Assembly (NCBI GenBank): GCA_031411295.1
Contig: JANOAV010000085.1
Span: 1 to 46,901 of the forward strand
DNA from: Verrucomicrobiales bacterium
GTDB taxonomy: Bacteria; Verrucomicrobiota; Verrucomicrobiia; Verrucomicrobiales; V1-33
Reading direction: 5' to 3'
DNA: 46,901 bases
Below are positions 19,077 through 28,105 of this stretch, in pieces. The position numbers and the translations under genes were made by a program. Within the stretch, counting starts at the first letter, position 1. Each line of letters opens with the position of its first letter. A model generated the notes under the pieces. It was not told the origin of the DNA, ran no database searches, and was given only the letters and a program-made list of their open reading frames with translations.

Positions 19077-19315
19077 TCCCCGGTAGGGGACGCAGAGATT
19101 AGCCGGGGTTGAGCGGAGCGATACCCCGGACAGATCCCTAAAGAGTTGCATCCCGGTAGGGATGCCAGATCGGCAACGTGATCGGGATGTGAACACGCCA
19201 TGTTCCGTGCGTGCCCCTAATCTGGCATCCCTGCCGGGATGCGATCATTTTGTGAGGTTACCGGGGGTATCGCTACGCTCACCCCCCGGCTAAGCTCTGC
19301 GTCCCCTGCCGGGGA
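19077..19315. repeat. Nested palindromic REPIN/MITE-like element, family A (complete)
   Basis: Outer arms 19077-19129 / 19261-19315 and inner arms 19148-19169 / 19221-19242 are near-exact reverse complements. Each arm has internal hairpins. Confidence 0.9.
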
Positions 19316-19540
19316 TAATACCGGCTCACCTAACGCAGTAACATATCATCAGTTAGAAGTCTGATTTTGAACACCCCAGTGATGGATCTATGGATGCAGA
19401 CTCGAGTAACGAGTCCACTGCTGGAAGCCGATGCTAGCAACGGTAACGACAATGACATGGAGGCTAATAAATGTATCGCCATCATGACATCCTCTTTGGG
19501 TGGCATCATGGGTGATTTTTTAAATTGGGCGAACGTTCGA

Positions 19541-19942
19541 TTAAGCCCCCACCAACGCACTGCGGATGGCCTCCGCCGCCGCGTCCAAGTCCTCGGCGGT
19601 CGCGTGGCTGTTTTGCAGTGCGAAGTCCATGTCATCAATGCGATCGATGGGAGTCAGGTGGATATGCAGATGAGGCACCTCCAGTCCGGCCACCATCATC
19701 CCGACCTTCTGGCAGGGAAACGCTCGCTGAATGGCCTGCCCCACTTTCTGCGCCGTCTGGAACAAATGGGCCGTGAGGTCGGCGGGCGCGTCCAACCAAC
19801 TATCAATTTCCGCCCGGGGCACCACCAACGTATGCCCCTGCCGGATGGGCGCCACTGTCAGGAAGGCCACGCAGTGTTCATCCTCATAAACGAAGCGTCC
19901 GGGGATTTCGCGATTGATGATTTTGGTAAAAAGCGTGGCCAT
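19541..19942 (-). CDS. HIT family nucleotide hydrolase
   Basis: MATLFTKIINREIP, GHTLVVP, VPHLHIHL (HxHxH). Confidence 0.93.
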   Translation of the reverse strand: MATLFTKIINREIPGRFVYEDEHCVAFLTVAPIRQGHTLVVPRAEIDSWLDAPADLTAHLFQTAQKVGQAIQRAFPCQKVGMMVAGLEVPHLHIHLTPIDRIDDMDFALQNSHATAEDLDAAAEAIRSALVGA

Positions 19943-19982
19943 GGAGGATCGGGGCTGGGGTGGGGGATCAGGGAGGGTTACG

Positions 19983-20363
19983 CTAGCAAAGTCTGAAACG
20001 CACATCGCGGATCTCATTTCCCGGCAGGGCATGCTTTATTTTGGGAAGAATCTTGGAGCGCAATTGCGATTGGAGCGTGTAGCGAATGGAAGATTGGAGC
20101 ACCGCCACATGCAGGATGCCGTTGTCCAGCGAAATCGCCTTGGAATGTTGGGCGATGAATTCGCCCACCGCTGCATTCCAGACGGGGGCCAACTCTTCTT
20201 GGGTCACGCGCTCGTCGAATTTTGCTTTGGCGAACAGTTTCTCCAGCACCTTGGCAATCCCATGCTCATGGCTGGTCCAATCCAGTGGCTCTTCCACCCC
20301 ACGCCACTCGTTGAGCACGCGACGTTGGAGGGAGGTTAGATGGGGAGAAAGGTTGGCGGCCAT
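19983..20363 (-). CDS. DUF721 / DciA family protein
   Basis: WNAAVGEFIAQHSKAISLDNGILHVAV...IRDVRFRL pattern; start at ATG 20363. Confidence 0.75.
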   Translation of the reverse strand: MAANLSPHLTSLQRRVLNEWRGVEEPLDWTSHEHGIAKVLEKLFAKAKFDERVTQEELAPVWNAAVGEFIAQHSKAISLDNGILHVAVLQSSIRYTLQSQLRSKILPKIKHALPGNEIRDVRFRLC

Positions 20364-20488
20364 GATTGCGGGAAAATGATTCTGAAAATTACAGCAGGAA
20401 GCGAGCATCTCCCAGCACAAAATCAAAAAAAGAACGCCTAACCCATAGGGGTCAGGCGCTCTTCGTAAATAAATTTCGCCAAGAGCGA

Positions 20489-20722
20489 TCACTCACCGTC
20501 GTTGCCGATGGCTTCGACCGGGCATCCTGCCAGGGCTTCTTCGCAGGCGGCACGCTCTTCGTCCGTCTCTGGTTGCTTGTAAACGTAGGAGTAGCCGGCA
20601 TCATCGTGACGGGTGAAATTCTTCGGAGCAGTCTCACGGCAGAGATCGCAGTCGATGCACTGATCATCTACAAAGTAGCTGCCAGTGATGTTTTCAGAGT
20701 TTTTATTAGCAAAATCAGCCAT
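20489..20722 (-). CDS. Ferredoxin
   Basis: CIDCDLC...CPVEAIG, YSYVYKQP. Confidence 0.92.
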   Translation of the reverse strand: MADFANKNSENITGSYFVDDQCIDCDLCRETAPKNFTRHDDAGYSYVYKQPETDEERAACEEALAGCPVEAIGNDGE

Positions 20723-20900
20723 AATTTTTGATAGGGTGGGGGTTGTTCGTCGCATTAATATGACGCGGTTCTTTTCTTGCAATGGCTTTTTTCATCTCCA
20801 CACTTGATTCCACGGGATCAGGCGCAGAACGCAGATTCAACCTCCACCGTTTTCGCTTGTCTAATTTTCTACTTTGCCGCATTGCTTCACCCATCACCGT

Positions 20901-21881
20901 ATGAGCACCCCACGCCGCCCCAAATCCTCCCCGCGCACGACCGATCCTTTCGAAAAGTCGAAGCCAGATCGTGCGCTCGCAGTTCCCCCCTCAAGCATTG
21001 AGGACGAACTGCGCTTGGACACGGAGGATGAAATCGTTCCCTCCGCGACGGCAACTTCCCCCGAAATCCCCGCCAGTGCTCCAGCCTCGGTTGCGGCAGT
21101 CCAAATTTCAGAGGATGGCCCGGCCAGCGGTCCTGAAGCATCAACCGCCGCTCTGGCGTCGCCTGAGCCTCCCGCAGACACCAGCTCATCCCTCACCGAG
21201 GAGTTCGACCCGGCCGCCGCCGCCGCCCGCCGCCGCGCCCGCCGGGAGGAAGCCGCCTTGCCCAGCGTGCAGCAGCCTGCGCACCCGCAGTTGGATCGCA
21301 TTGGACGCATTGCGGCCCTCATCTTAGTGCCCCTGCTCTTCGTGGCGGTTTTCTATACCATCCTCAAAAAAGGACCCACTCCAGAGGCACCGGCGGCCAA
21401 AGCAAAACCCTCCCTGCCTCTGGAAGGCAAATTGATCAAAATATCCGAGATCAGCACCGGATGGCGGCAACGCAACGAAGCGGACCGCGTTAGTCCGGAA
21501 GCGCAACTCCTGACCAAGCAGACGGTCTATCCTTCTGAGTTGCCGGAACTCCATTTGAAACTGACCCCATCAGCTCCCAGCGCCTTCCTCCGCATTCTCT
21601 TCCTCAATAGTGAGGGCAAAATTGCCGGAGATCCCAAGGTCATCAAGGTGGTGGATGGCAAGATTCAACTCCCCGGCACGAACGGTGACACGCTCATTGG
21701 CAATCTGGAGTGCAAGGTGGCTGCCAGCACCGGACTGCAGTCCGATCGACACCTCAAAGATTACCTCCGCGGCAACCAGAACCGCTGGAGCGTGGAAATC
21801 AGTGAGAGCGCAGATTACCAAGCCAAAGGAGACGATTGGAAACTGCTCGACACCTTTGCCATCGCTGACATCAATCTCTAA
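20901..21881 (+). CDS. Hypothetical single-pass membrane protein with disordered N-terminus
   Basis: Pro/Ser/Glu-rich N-terminus, one hydrophobic segment (IAALILVPLLFVAVFY), globular C-terminus. Confidence 0.7.
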   Translation: MSTPRRPKSSPRTTDPFEKSKPDRALAVPPSSIEDELRLDTEDEIVPSATATSPEIPASAPASVAAVQISEDGPASGPEASTAALASPEPPADTSSSLTEEFDPAAAAARRRARREEAALPSVQQPAHPQLDRIGRIAALILVPLLFVAVFYTILKKGPTPEAPAAKAKPSLPLEGKLIKISEISTGWRQRNEADRVSPEAQLLTKQTVYPSELPELHLKLTPSAPSAFLRILFLNSEGKIAGDPKVIKVVDGKIQLPGTNGDTLIGNLECKVAASTGLQSDRHLKDYLRGNQNRWSVEISESADYQAKGDDWKLLDTFAIADINL

Positions 21882-21937
21882 TGGTCTGGCGCCCCATGGC
21901 GCAGCCTTCGATCTTACCCCCCAAATACACACAAACC

Positions 21938-22774
21938 GTGAACGACTCCTCTGATTCCACCACGCTGGCTCCGCTCCTCCCTCGTGAAGGTTGGCACGTG
22001 CAGCACCTCTACTACCACGTCGAGCATTCCCAATGGGATCTCCTAACGCAGGACGAGAAAATCCGCGCCAAGACCCGCCTTACCCAGTTAATTCAAGAAA
22101 TTCGTGCCCATCCCAAGACGCAATTGCTCACCTTCAGCGTCCTCACGCCCAAGGCGGACCTTTGCTTCATGCTGCTCACGCCTGATCTGCATGATGCCAA
22201 TCGATTTGAAAAGCAGCTCAGTTTGTCTCTTGGTCCGGACATCCTCACGCCGGTTTATACCTATCTGTCCATGACCGAGTGGACGGAATACACCACCTCC
22301 CCTGAGGAACAGTCCACCAAAATCACCAAGGAGAAGGGTTTCGAGCCAGGCACTCCCGAGCACGATGCCGAGATGGCCACGTTCAAGCAGCATCAGGATA
22401 AATATTACCAGGACCGCCTCTATCCGAATCTGCCGGACTGGCCCGTCATGTGCTTCTACCCCATGTCCAAGCGTCGTAACGACGGCAATAACTGGTATTC
22501 CCAGGATCACGCCACCCGGCGCAAACTCATGGCCAGCCACGCCATCAGCGGCCGTCGTTGGGCCGGCAAGGTGCGGCAACTCATCACCGGTTCCACTGGC
22601 TTGGACGAATACGAATGGGGCGTCACCCTCTTCTCGCACCACTCCTCCGACATCAAGGGCATCGTTTACGAAATGCGCTTCGATGAAGTCAGCGCCAAGT
22701 ATGCCGAATTCGGAGATTTCTACATCGGCATCCAACTGCCGCTGGATGAACTCTTCCGCCGGGTCGTGTTGTAA
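21938..22774 (+). CDS. chdC: Coproheme decarboxylase (HemQ/ChdC), chlorite dismutase superfamily
   Basis: EGWHVQH, CFYPMSKRR..NWY, LMASH, VRQLITGSTGLDEYEWGVTL, YEMRFDEVSAKY. Start uncertain (GTG 21938 or an upstream ATG). Confidence 0.8.
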   Translation: MNDSSDSTTLAPLLPREGWHVQHLYYHVEHSQWDLLTQDEKIRAKTRLTQLIQEIRAHPKTQLLTFSVLTPKADLCFMLLTPDLHDANRFEKQLSLSLGPDILTPVYTYLSMTEWTEYTTSPEEQSTKITKEKGFEPGTPEHDAEMATFKQHQDKYYQDRLYPNLPDWPVMCFYPMSKRRNDGNNWYSQDHATRRKLMASHAISGRRWAGKVRQLITGSTGLDEYEWGVTLFSHHSSDIKGIVYEMRFDEVSAKYAEFGDFYIGIQLPLDELFRRVVL

Positions 22775-22872
22775 TTTGCGTAGGGCGGAATGCGGAATAG
22801 TCCGATGGACTAACGCAACAATCGAATCGGTAGCTAATTTGTTCATTTAGTTAGGGATGAATCCATCTAGCC

Positions 22873-23988
22873 TCACAAATTCCAGCGGCGGACGGCGGGA
22901 GCTAACAGGTGCTCGCTGACTTTCTGAATCGCTTGCCATGGGCGCTGGCGTTTCATTGGGAGATGCCATGCGATGACGGCCATGTATTCCATCGTGGGAA
23001 TGCCGCCGCGGGAGGCTTTGAATTTTCCCACGCCAGCACTCATATTCAATGGCAGGCCCAGCCGACGACTGGCCAACAGGGGAATCACCGCCAGCCTGCG
23101 ATAGAGGCCCAGGGATTGCGGCTGCGCTAAATCATACCCCACCACAGGCGATGTTAGGATTCCATGGTGTTGGGCATAAGCCTCCACGCCGACGAACTTT
23201 CCGCCGGGCTGTCGCAGGGCGGTGAAATGGAGCAGGTGTGTCCGGTGAAGATGCTGTAGCCACTCGGTCGTGAATCGCGGGTTGCTAGAGGAATACTTTT
23301 CCAAATAAAGCTGAGCATACAATGAGCGTAACTGGCCGATCTCGTCAGGCCCCAATTCCTCATGCGGAATCACCTGCAAATCTCCTTGCTGGAGTAATTT
23401 CACGTCTTTCCGAAAATCGCGCGAAGCCGCCACCGCCGTGCTCTCCGGCGGGAACCACCAAACTTGCCGACTGGGAATAATCAGGGCCCCAGCCGCCGCC
23501 AGCGCCAGCAGCAGAGGCGCGCTCTCCTGGCCATTCAGGGATCGAAACACCACCGCCTGATCTGGCCAGCGGTCCATGATCGAGGGCAACACCGCAGGGA
23601 ACTCCGCCGCCGACCACGCAGGCCACGGAACGGTGGACAGCAGCCAGTTATTGACCATCACCACGCGATTAAACTCAGCCCGCTGCAACCACCCTCCCAG
23701 CATGCGCCAAAGCGGGCGGAGCAAGCTGGCGATCCAGGCGGGAGCATAGCGCTCTGTCTCCTCCTGCCCGCAGGAAATGTAATGCGTCCAGGGAGAACAA
23801 ACCCAACTATTGTCCCACTCCTGATCGTTGCACGAGAGCGGCAGTTCCAAATTTCCTACTTGGAGGAAGCTGAGCGTTGTGCGCAGATTGTCCGCTGCCA
23901 AGGTGGAACCATGTTCGAGCAGTGGCTGAAACCAAGTCTGCGCCATCGTCGAAACGGGTTGCTGAGTGATCTGGACGTTTTCAGCCAT
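22873..23988 (-). CDS. GNAT/FemAB-like protein of the F390-synthetase-like cluster
   Basis: VNNWLLST, VFRSLN, PSRQVW, LYLEKYS, PVVGYD, SAGVGKFKASRG. Start overlaps the ATP-grasp stop. Confidence 0.7.
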   Translation of the reverse strand: MAENVQITQQPVSTMAQTWFQPLLEHGSTLAADNLRTTLSFLQVGNLELPLSCNDQEWDNSWVCSPWTHYISCGQEETERYAPAWIASLLRPLWRMLGGWLQRAEFNRVVMVNNWLLSTVPWPAWSAAEFPAVLPSIMDRWPDQAVVFRSLNGQESAPLLLALAAAGALIIPSRQVWWFPPESTAVAASRDFRKDVKLLQQGDLQVIPHEELGPDEIGQLRSLYAQLYLEKYSSSNPRFTTEWLQHLHRTHLLHFTALRQPGGKFVGVEAYAQHHGILTSPVVGYDLAQPQSLGLYRRLAVIPLLASRRLGLPLNMSAGVGKFKASRGGIPTMEYMAVIAWHLPMKRQRPWQAIQKVSEHLLAPAVRRWNL

Positions 23989-25042
23989 TGTATTCAATAT
24001 CCATTGTGGTGGCGGCCAGCAGCGACACGCGCGTCCGCCATGCGCGCAAGGCGAACTCTCCGGCACAGAGAAATTGCGTCCAGAAGGGAGCTTGATCATC
24101 TGGGTGGAAAATGACATCCGGTGATGCGCCTACTTCGCTGGGCTTCGTCAGCAGCACTGGCAAGGTCAGTTGAGCCGCCCGCATGGCCGGTGGAATGGGT
24201 AGTGGTCGCTCTAGCAGACTACCGAAGTCCACGTGATCCGCCAACAAATGAATCCCACTGGTCATGCGGGGATTGCACTCCAGGACAAAAATCTCACCGT
24301 TCAGTGAGCGCATAAAATCAAAAGCCAAGGCACCGGTAAACTGGCGTGCTTGCGCCAGGATGCGGACGAACTCCGCAGCTTCGGGCGACCAGTAGGGCTT
24401 GAAGGAGCAGCCTGCGCCCCGGCCTGCTTGGGCGGTGTTTTCATACATCGTAAGCCCGCGCACATCGCCATCCTGACAAATCGCCCAGCTGCAAAATTCG
24501 TTTCCTGCCACAAACTGCTGCGCCATCCAACCTGCAGTTTCTGCTGGAGGATCCTGAAACCGAGTCTGGGCGGCAAAGCGTGAGTAGCAAGGTTTCCAGA
24601 CCAGTCGTTCATTGGTTGGAGCACTGTCGGCAGGCCAAGAGGCAGGCGCTTGGATGGCGGTGCCTAACGCGGCTACGAGTTGGGTGAATTGCAATTTATG
24701 ATGCAATGGCACCACTTCTTCCAGCGGCGGACACAGCAGTCGCGTGTGCTGTGAGAGTTCGCTGTGGTGTTTGGCCACATGGAAGATTTCTTCACAAGTC
24801 GGCCAGAGCAGGTCCACTTTTTCCTGCTGCACAAGCTCGACCAAGGCTTTCCGAAACGCCTCCGCCGCCTGTTGCGGCGGCGGCAGACGGTGGTGGTTGG
24901 CTAGGGCGCTGGAGAACCGGGCGATTGGATAGCGCATGCTATCAGCCCCAATCACCCGATGTCCGCTGCGCTGCAAGCGACGCGCCAGATCCAGGGTGGC
25001 CGGGGCTCGGGTGCCTGTGAGAAGAATGGTTAGAGCAGGCAT
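23981..25042 (-). CDS. ATP-grasp domain protein
   Basis: LLTGTRAPATLDLAR, PTCEE, KPCYSR, QQFVAGNEFC, FDF, ECNPR. Confidence 0.85.
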   Translation of the reverse strand: MPALTILLTGTRAPATLDLARRLQRSGHRVIGADSMRYPIARFSSALANHHRLPPPQQAAEAFRKALVELVQQEKVDLLWPTCEEIFHVAKHHSELSQHTRLLCPPLEEVVPLHHKLQFTQLVAALGTAIQAPASWPADSAPTNERLVWKPCYSRFAAQTRFQDPPAETAGWMAQQFVAGNEFCSWAICQDGDVRGLTMYENTAQAGRGAGCSFKPYWSPEAAEFVRILAQARQFTGALAFDFMRSLNGEIFVLECNPRMTSGIHLLADHVDFGSLLERPLPIPPAMRAAQLTLPVLLTKPSEVGASPDVIFHPDDQAPFWTQFLCAGEFALRAWRTRVSLLAATTMDIEYNG

Positions 25043-26319
25043 TGCACGCGTCGGGGTTTATGGATCAAAGGCTGCGGGACATACGGCAGGAAATTCAGTT
25101 CTGGAATCTGGGCTCGCAGACTCTGGCAAAGTTGGGCAATTTCCACCGTGATGGCTGCGCTGGCCACTAGATCGCTAACTGATATTTCCCAAATCAGGAG
25201 CGAAAGTTGCCGCACCTGATAACTCACGCCGGGAGCGGCCAGCAGGATGGCGCGTCGCACAAAGTCCGGGAAGAGTAGGATCCGCCCGCTGCCTTGACCA
25301 GCAGGCAACTGCAGCACGTCATCCTTGCGTCCAGTGATCGCGCCCAAGCGTCCGAACACTGATCCGCAAGGACAGTTGGGGCTGCTTGGCTCAGCAATGA
25401 CATCGTCCAGTTGATAACGAATGATCGGCTGGGTCTGGCGGCGGAAGTCCGTGATGATGGGTGTGTAGCGCGTCCGTGCCTCATCCAACCAAGCCTTCTG
25501 GACCACGATGGCATCCTCATTCCAGTGCAAAGATCCGTGGGCGCACGTTGCTGCGAGGAACCCTTCGGTTGCTTGGTAAAGCTGACCCACGGGAGTTCCG
25601 AAATTGGCGGAAATCTCCTCGCGTTCAGAGTCCTCCAACACATCCGCCACGCTCAACAAGAGCGCGGGCGGTGCCATGAATTCCCGAGCCCCGGGCAAGC
25701 GTGCCAGCGCCAGCAAGGCCGCTGGTGGCGCTGCGAGCAACGTGGGTTGCAGTTCCCGCAGTCGTGCTGCGTGATCTGACATCGGCTGTAGCAGGTCGAA
25801 GAAATCGAACGTGAAACGACGGGAACCCACGTTCTGATACAGCGTGCTATCAGCCCGCAGAAACAACGCTGCGCGATGTGGCTGCCCCAAGCTTCCCTGC
25901 AAACACCGTGCGAGGAGCACGCCGACCCAACGATTCCGCTCCGCCGCAGACGCAAGAAATAACCCTCGACTGCCCGACGTGCCGCTGGACAATCCCACTG
26001 TTAGGCCACGCAAGGTAGCCGAGAAATCCCGCGTCCGCTCTGCGTGAGTCGCCAGCTCCCACGCTTCATCAAATTCGATGCCGACGGTGTTCCACGTGCT
26101 GAAGTTTGCCATCAGTTGCGCTTTATTTTGTAACGGAAAATTCCTCCAATCGTTGCTCTGAAAACACCCGGCGTAGTAAGGTGAGCGGGCTCTCACCCAA
26201 CGCAGGTGGCGCTGAATTTGCCGCTCCTGCCAGTGCTCCAGCGAACGCCGCTTCGGCCAGCGCAGGAAATTCCGCCGGGCCTGAGCGTAATGCCAGAGAA
26301 TGGAGACCGATTTCATCAT
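25030..26319 (-). CDS. Coenzyme F390 synthetase-related adenylate-forming enzyme (TIGR02304-like)
   Basis: GLSSGTSG, FLRADS, YQATEGFL, QPIIRYQLDD, GRKDD. Confidence 0.88.
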   Translation of the reverse strand: MMKSVSILWHYAQARRNFLRWPKRRSLEHWQERQIQRHLRWVRARSPYYAGCFQSNDWRNFPLQNKAQLMANFSTWNTVGIEFDEAWELATHAERTRDFSATLRGLTVGLSSGTSGSRGLFLASAAERNRWVGVLLARCLQGSLGQPHRAALFLRADSTLYQNVGSRRFTFDFFDLLQPMSDHAARLRELQPTLLAAPPAALLALARLPGAREFMAPPALLLSVADVLEDSEREEISANFGTPVGQLYQATEGFLAATCAHGSLHWNEDAIVVQKAWLDEARTRYTPIITDFRRQTQPIIRYQLDDVIAEPSSPNCPCGSVFGRLGAITGRKDDVLQLPAGQGSGRILLFPDFVRRAILLAAPGVSYQVRQLSLLIWEISVSDLVASAAITVEIAQLCQSLRAQIPELNFLPYVPQPLIHKPRRVQCLL

Positions 26320-27104
26320 AGCACCCGTGCGGCCGTTTCAGGACAGTGCGTGGGGACGATCAATAAACTCGGATCCTGCACGTGCCAGTCGTGCAATCGT
26401 TGCAGCGTGGCGAGGTAAGCCGGCCAGTCATGCAGCAAGCGCGTGAGTTGATGCGGTGGACGATTTTGTCGGAACGCCACGCTCATCCAACAGGCATCGG
26501 CCGCTAGTAAAATTGGCTGACCATCGGTGGCCGTGAAACGCAGACCGATCTGCCCTGTCGCGTGGCCCGGCAAGCTCACCACGTGCAGGCTGCCGTCTCC
26601 TAGTAAATCACTGCCCTCGTCCACAAAAACCAAGCGTGCGGCCAAATCTGGTGGCAGCAGCCCCGGCAGAAAACCGCGTCGTAAGCCAGACCAAGGAGTT
26701 AGCTGCTTTACCGCCTCCCAGGCGGTGCGGGAGCAGTAAACTTTCGCCTTCGGAAAGTCGCGTAATCCGCCGACGTGATCGGCGTGGAAATGGGAAAGGA
26801 AGACGTGCTGCACGTCCCCACAAGCGATGCCTTTAGCCTCCAGCAATTGTTTGATACCGCCCGAAGCCGTCATTGTGACCGGGGTGATCCAGCGATAAAT
26901 GCAGCCGGGAAAGGACTTGGTTTCCTCCCGGAAGCGATGCGAATACATGGTGTCGAACAGAATCCAGCCAGCCGTGGGATGCTGCAAGAGGAACGCGGTG
27001 GCGTGAAATTTCACTTTACGAAACCACGATCCGCCGCGCAGCGCGATGGCCTCTGGAGCTTCGGTCCAGCCGTCGGTAAGAACTTGCCAGGAGAGTGTTA
27101 TCAT
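26316..27104 (-). CDS. Metallo-beta-lactamase-fold hydrolase
   Basis: SHFHADH, LPGHA, AADA, PTH; ATGA overlaps with both neighbours. Confidence 0.9.
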   Translation of the reverse strand: MITLSWQVLTDGWTEAPEAIALRGGSWFRKVKFHATAFLLQHPTAGWILFDTMYSHRFREETKSFPGCIYRWITPVTMTASGGIKQLLEAKGIACGDVQHVFLSHFHADHVGGLRDFPKAKVYCSRTAWEAVKQLTPWSGLRRGFLPGLLPPDLAARLVFVDEGSDLLGDGSLHVVSLPGHATGQIGLRFTATDGQPILLAADACWMSVAFRQNRPPHQLTRLLHDWPAYLATLQRLHDWHVQDPSLLIVPTHCPETAARVL

Positions 27105-28102
27105 AGGTTGGGAGGTTGGTTGCGCCAAGCCTGTCCGCATTCCCGCAGGCGTGCCAGGAGATCGGTTTGTGGGGCGTAGTGAAGATCATGGCGGGCGGCG
27201 GAAATGTCCAGAGTTTGTCCGAAGCCCAACGCTCCGACGGAATAGCGCGTGAGCGGCGGCTCCCAATTGCCAAGGGTGACCAATCGCGAAAGCCATTCCA
27301 TCGTGGAACCCAAACGCAGGGCGAAGGGTAGCGACAGTGGTCTGAAGGACACGGTTAGTCCGCAGGCGGCAAACAACGTTTCCAGCACCAGACGACGTGA
27401 GAGCGGTTGCCCGCTGGTGATCTGGTAAACATTGCCAACGCAGGATGGAGGGGCTGTTAGTGCGAGTTCGACTGCCGCCACCGCATCGTTGATCCACGTG
27501 AGGTCCAGGAGGCAGTCTTCACCGAATAAGGGGAAGCGTCCTCCTGCAGCCACTTTCAAGACGCGTGGAATCAAGGTGGTATCGCCAGGACCGAATAACG
27601 CTTTGGGACGGAGGACAATCACTGGAAGTCCTGCTGCGAGCACCGCAAGTTCTGCCTCCCGCTTGGTGGCAATATAATGATTGGCTGGGGGAGCGGTCCA
27701 CGGAGTATCCTCACGAAGTCCACGCTGCGGACCATAAGCGAAGCTGACACTGGGAGTGGAAATGGCGATGAGACGCTGGATCTTGGCCGCTTGGCAGGCT
27801 GCGAGGACGTTGGACGTGGCGACAACGTTGGCCGCCTGAAAGTCGGATAACTTTCCCCATGGTGAGGACAGCGCAGCACAATGCACGACGTGAGTGCTGC
27901 TCATGATTAGCTTTCCCAAGGTGACGGCATCGTGCGCGAGATCGCATGCAGTGAACTCAATCCCAGCTTGTTTCAAGACCGCCCCCGCAGCGGCATTGCG
28001 GCCGGTGGTGAGCACCTTCCAGCCCTGGGCCTGGAGGTGACGAGCGACTGCCCCGCCGAGAAATCCGGTGGCACCAGTAACGAGAACGATGGCATCCTTC
28101 AT
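27101..28102 (-). CDS. NAD-dependent epimerase/dehydratase (3-beta-HSD-like extended SDR)
   Basis: TGATGFLG, HCAALSSPWG, YIATK, LRPKALFGPGD. Confidence 0.9.
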   Translation of the reverse strand: MKDAIVLVTGATGFLGGAVARHLQAQGWKVLTTGRNAAAGAVLKQAGIEFTACDLAHDAVTLGKLIMSSTHVVHCAALSSPWGKLSDFQAANVVATSNVLAACQAAKIQRLIAISTPSVSFAYGPQRGLREDTPWTAPPANHYIATKREAELAVLAAGLPVIVLRPKALFGPGDTTLIPRVLKVAAGGRFPLFGEDCLLDLTWINDAVAAVELALTAPPSCVGNVYQITSGQPLSRRLVLETLFAACGLTVSFRPLSLPFALRLGSTMEWLSRLVTLGNWEPPLTRYSVGALGFGQTLDISAARHDLHYAPQTDLLARLRECGQAWRNQPPNL

Positions 28103-28105
28103 CAG

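Noticed and set aside
22776..22820. Hairpin TAGTCC-GAT-GGACTA after chdC as a terminator
   Set aside because: Short stem with no convincing U-tract.
25030..26319. True coenzyme F390 synthetase or PaaK; cluster as OleABCD
   Set aside because: There is no methanogen or paa context, and gene content differs from ole (MBL instead of alpha/beta hydrolase, plus ATP-grasp and GNAT-like genes).
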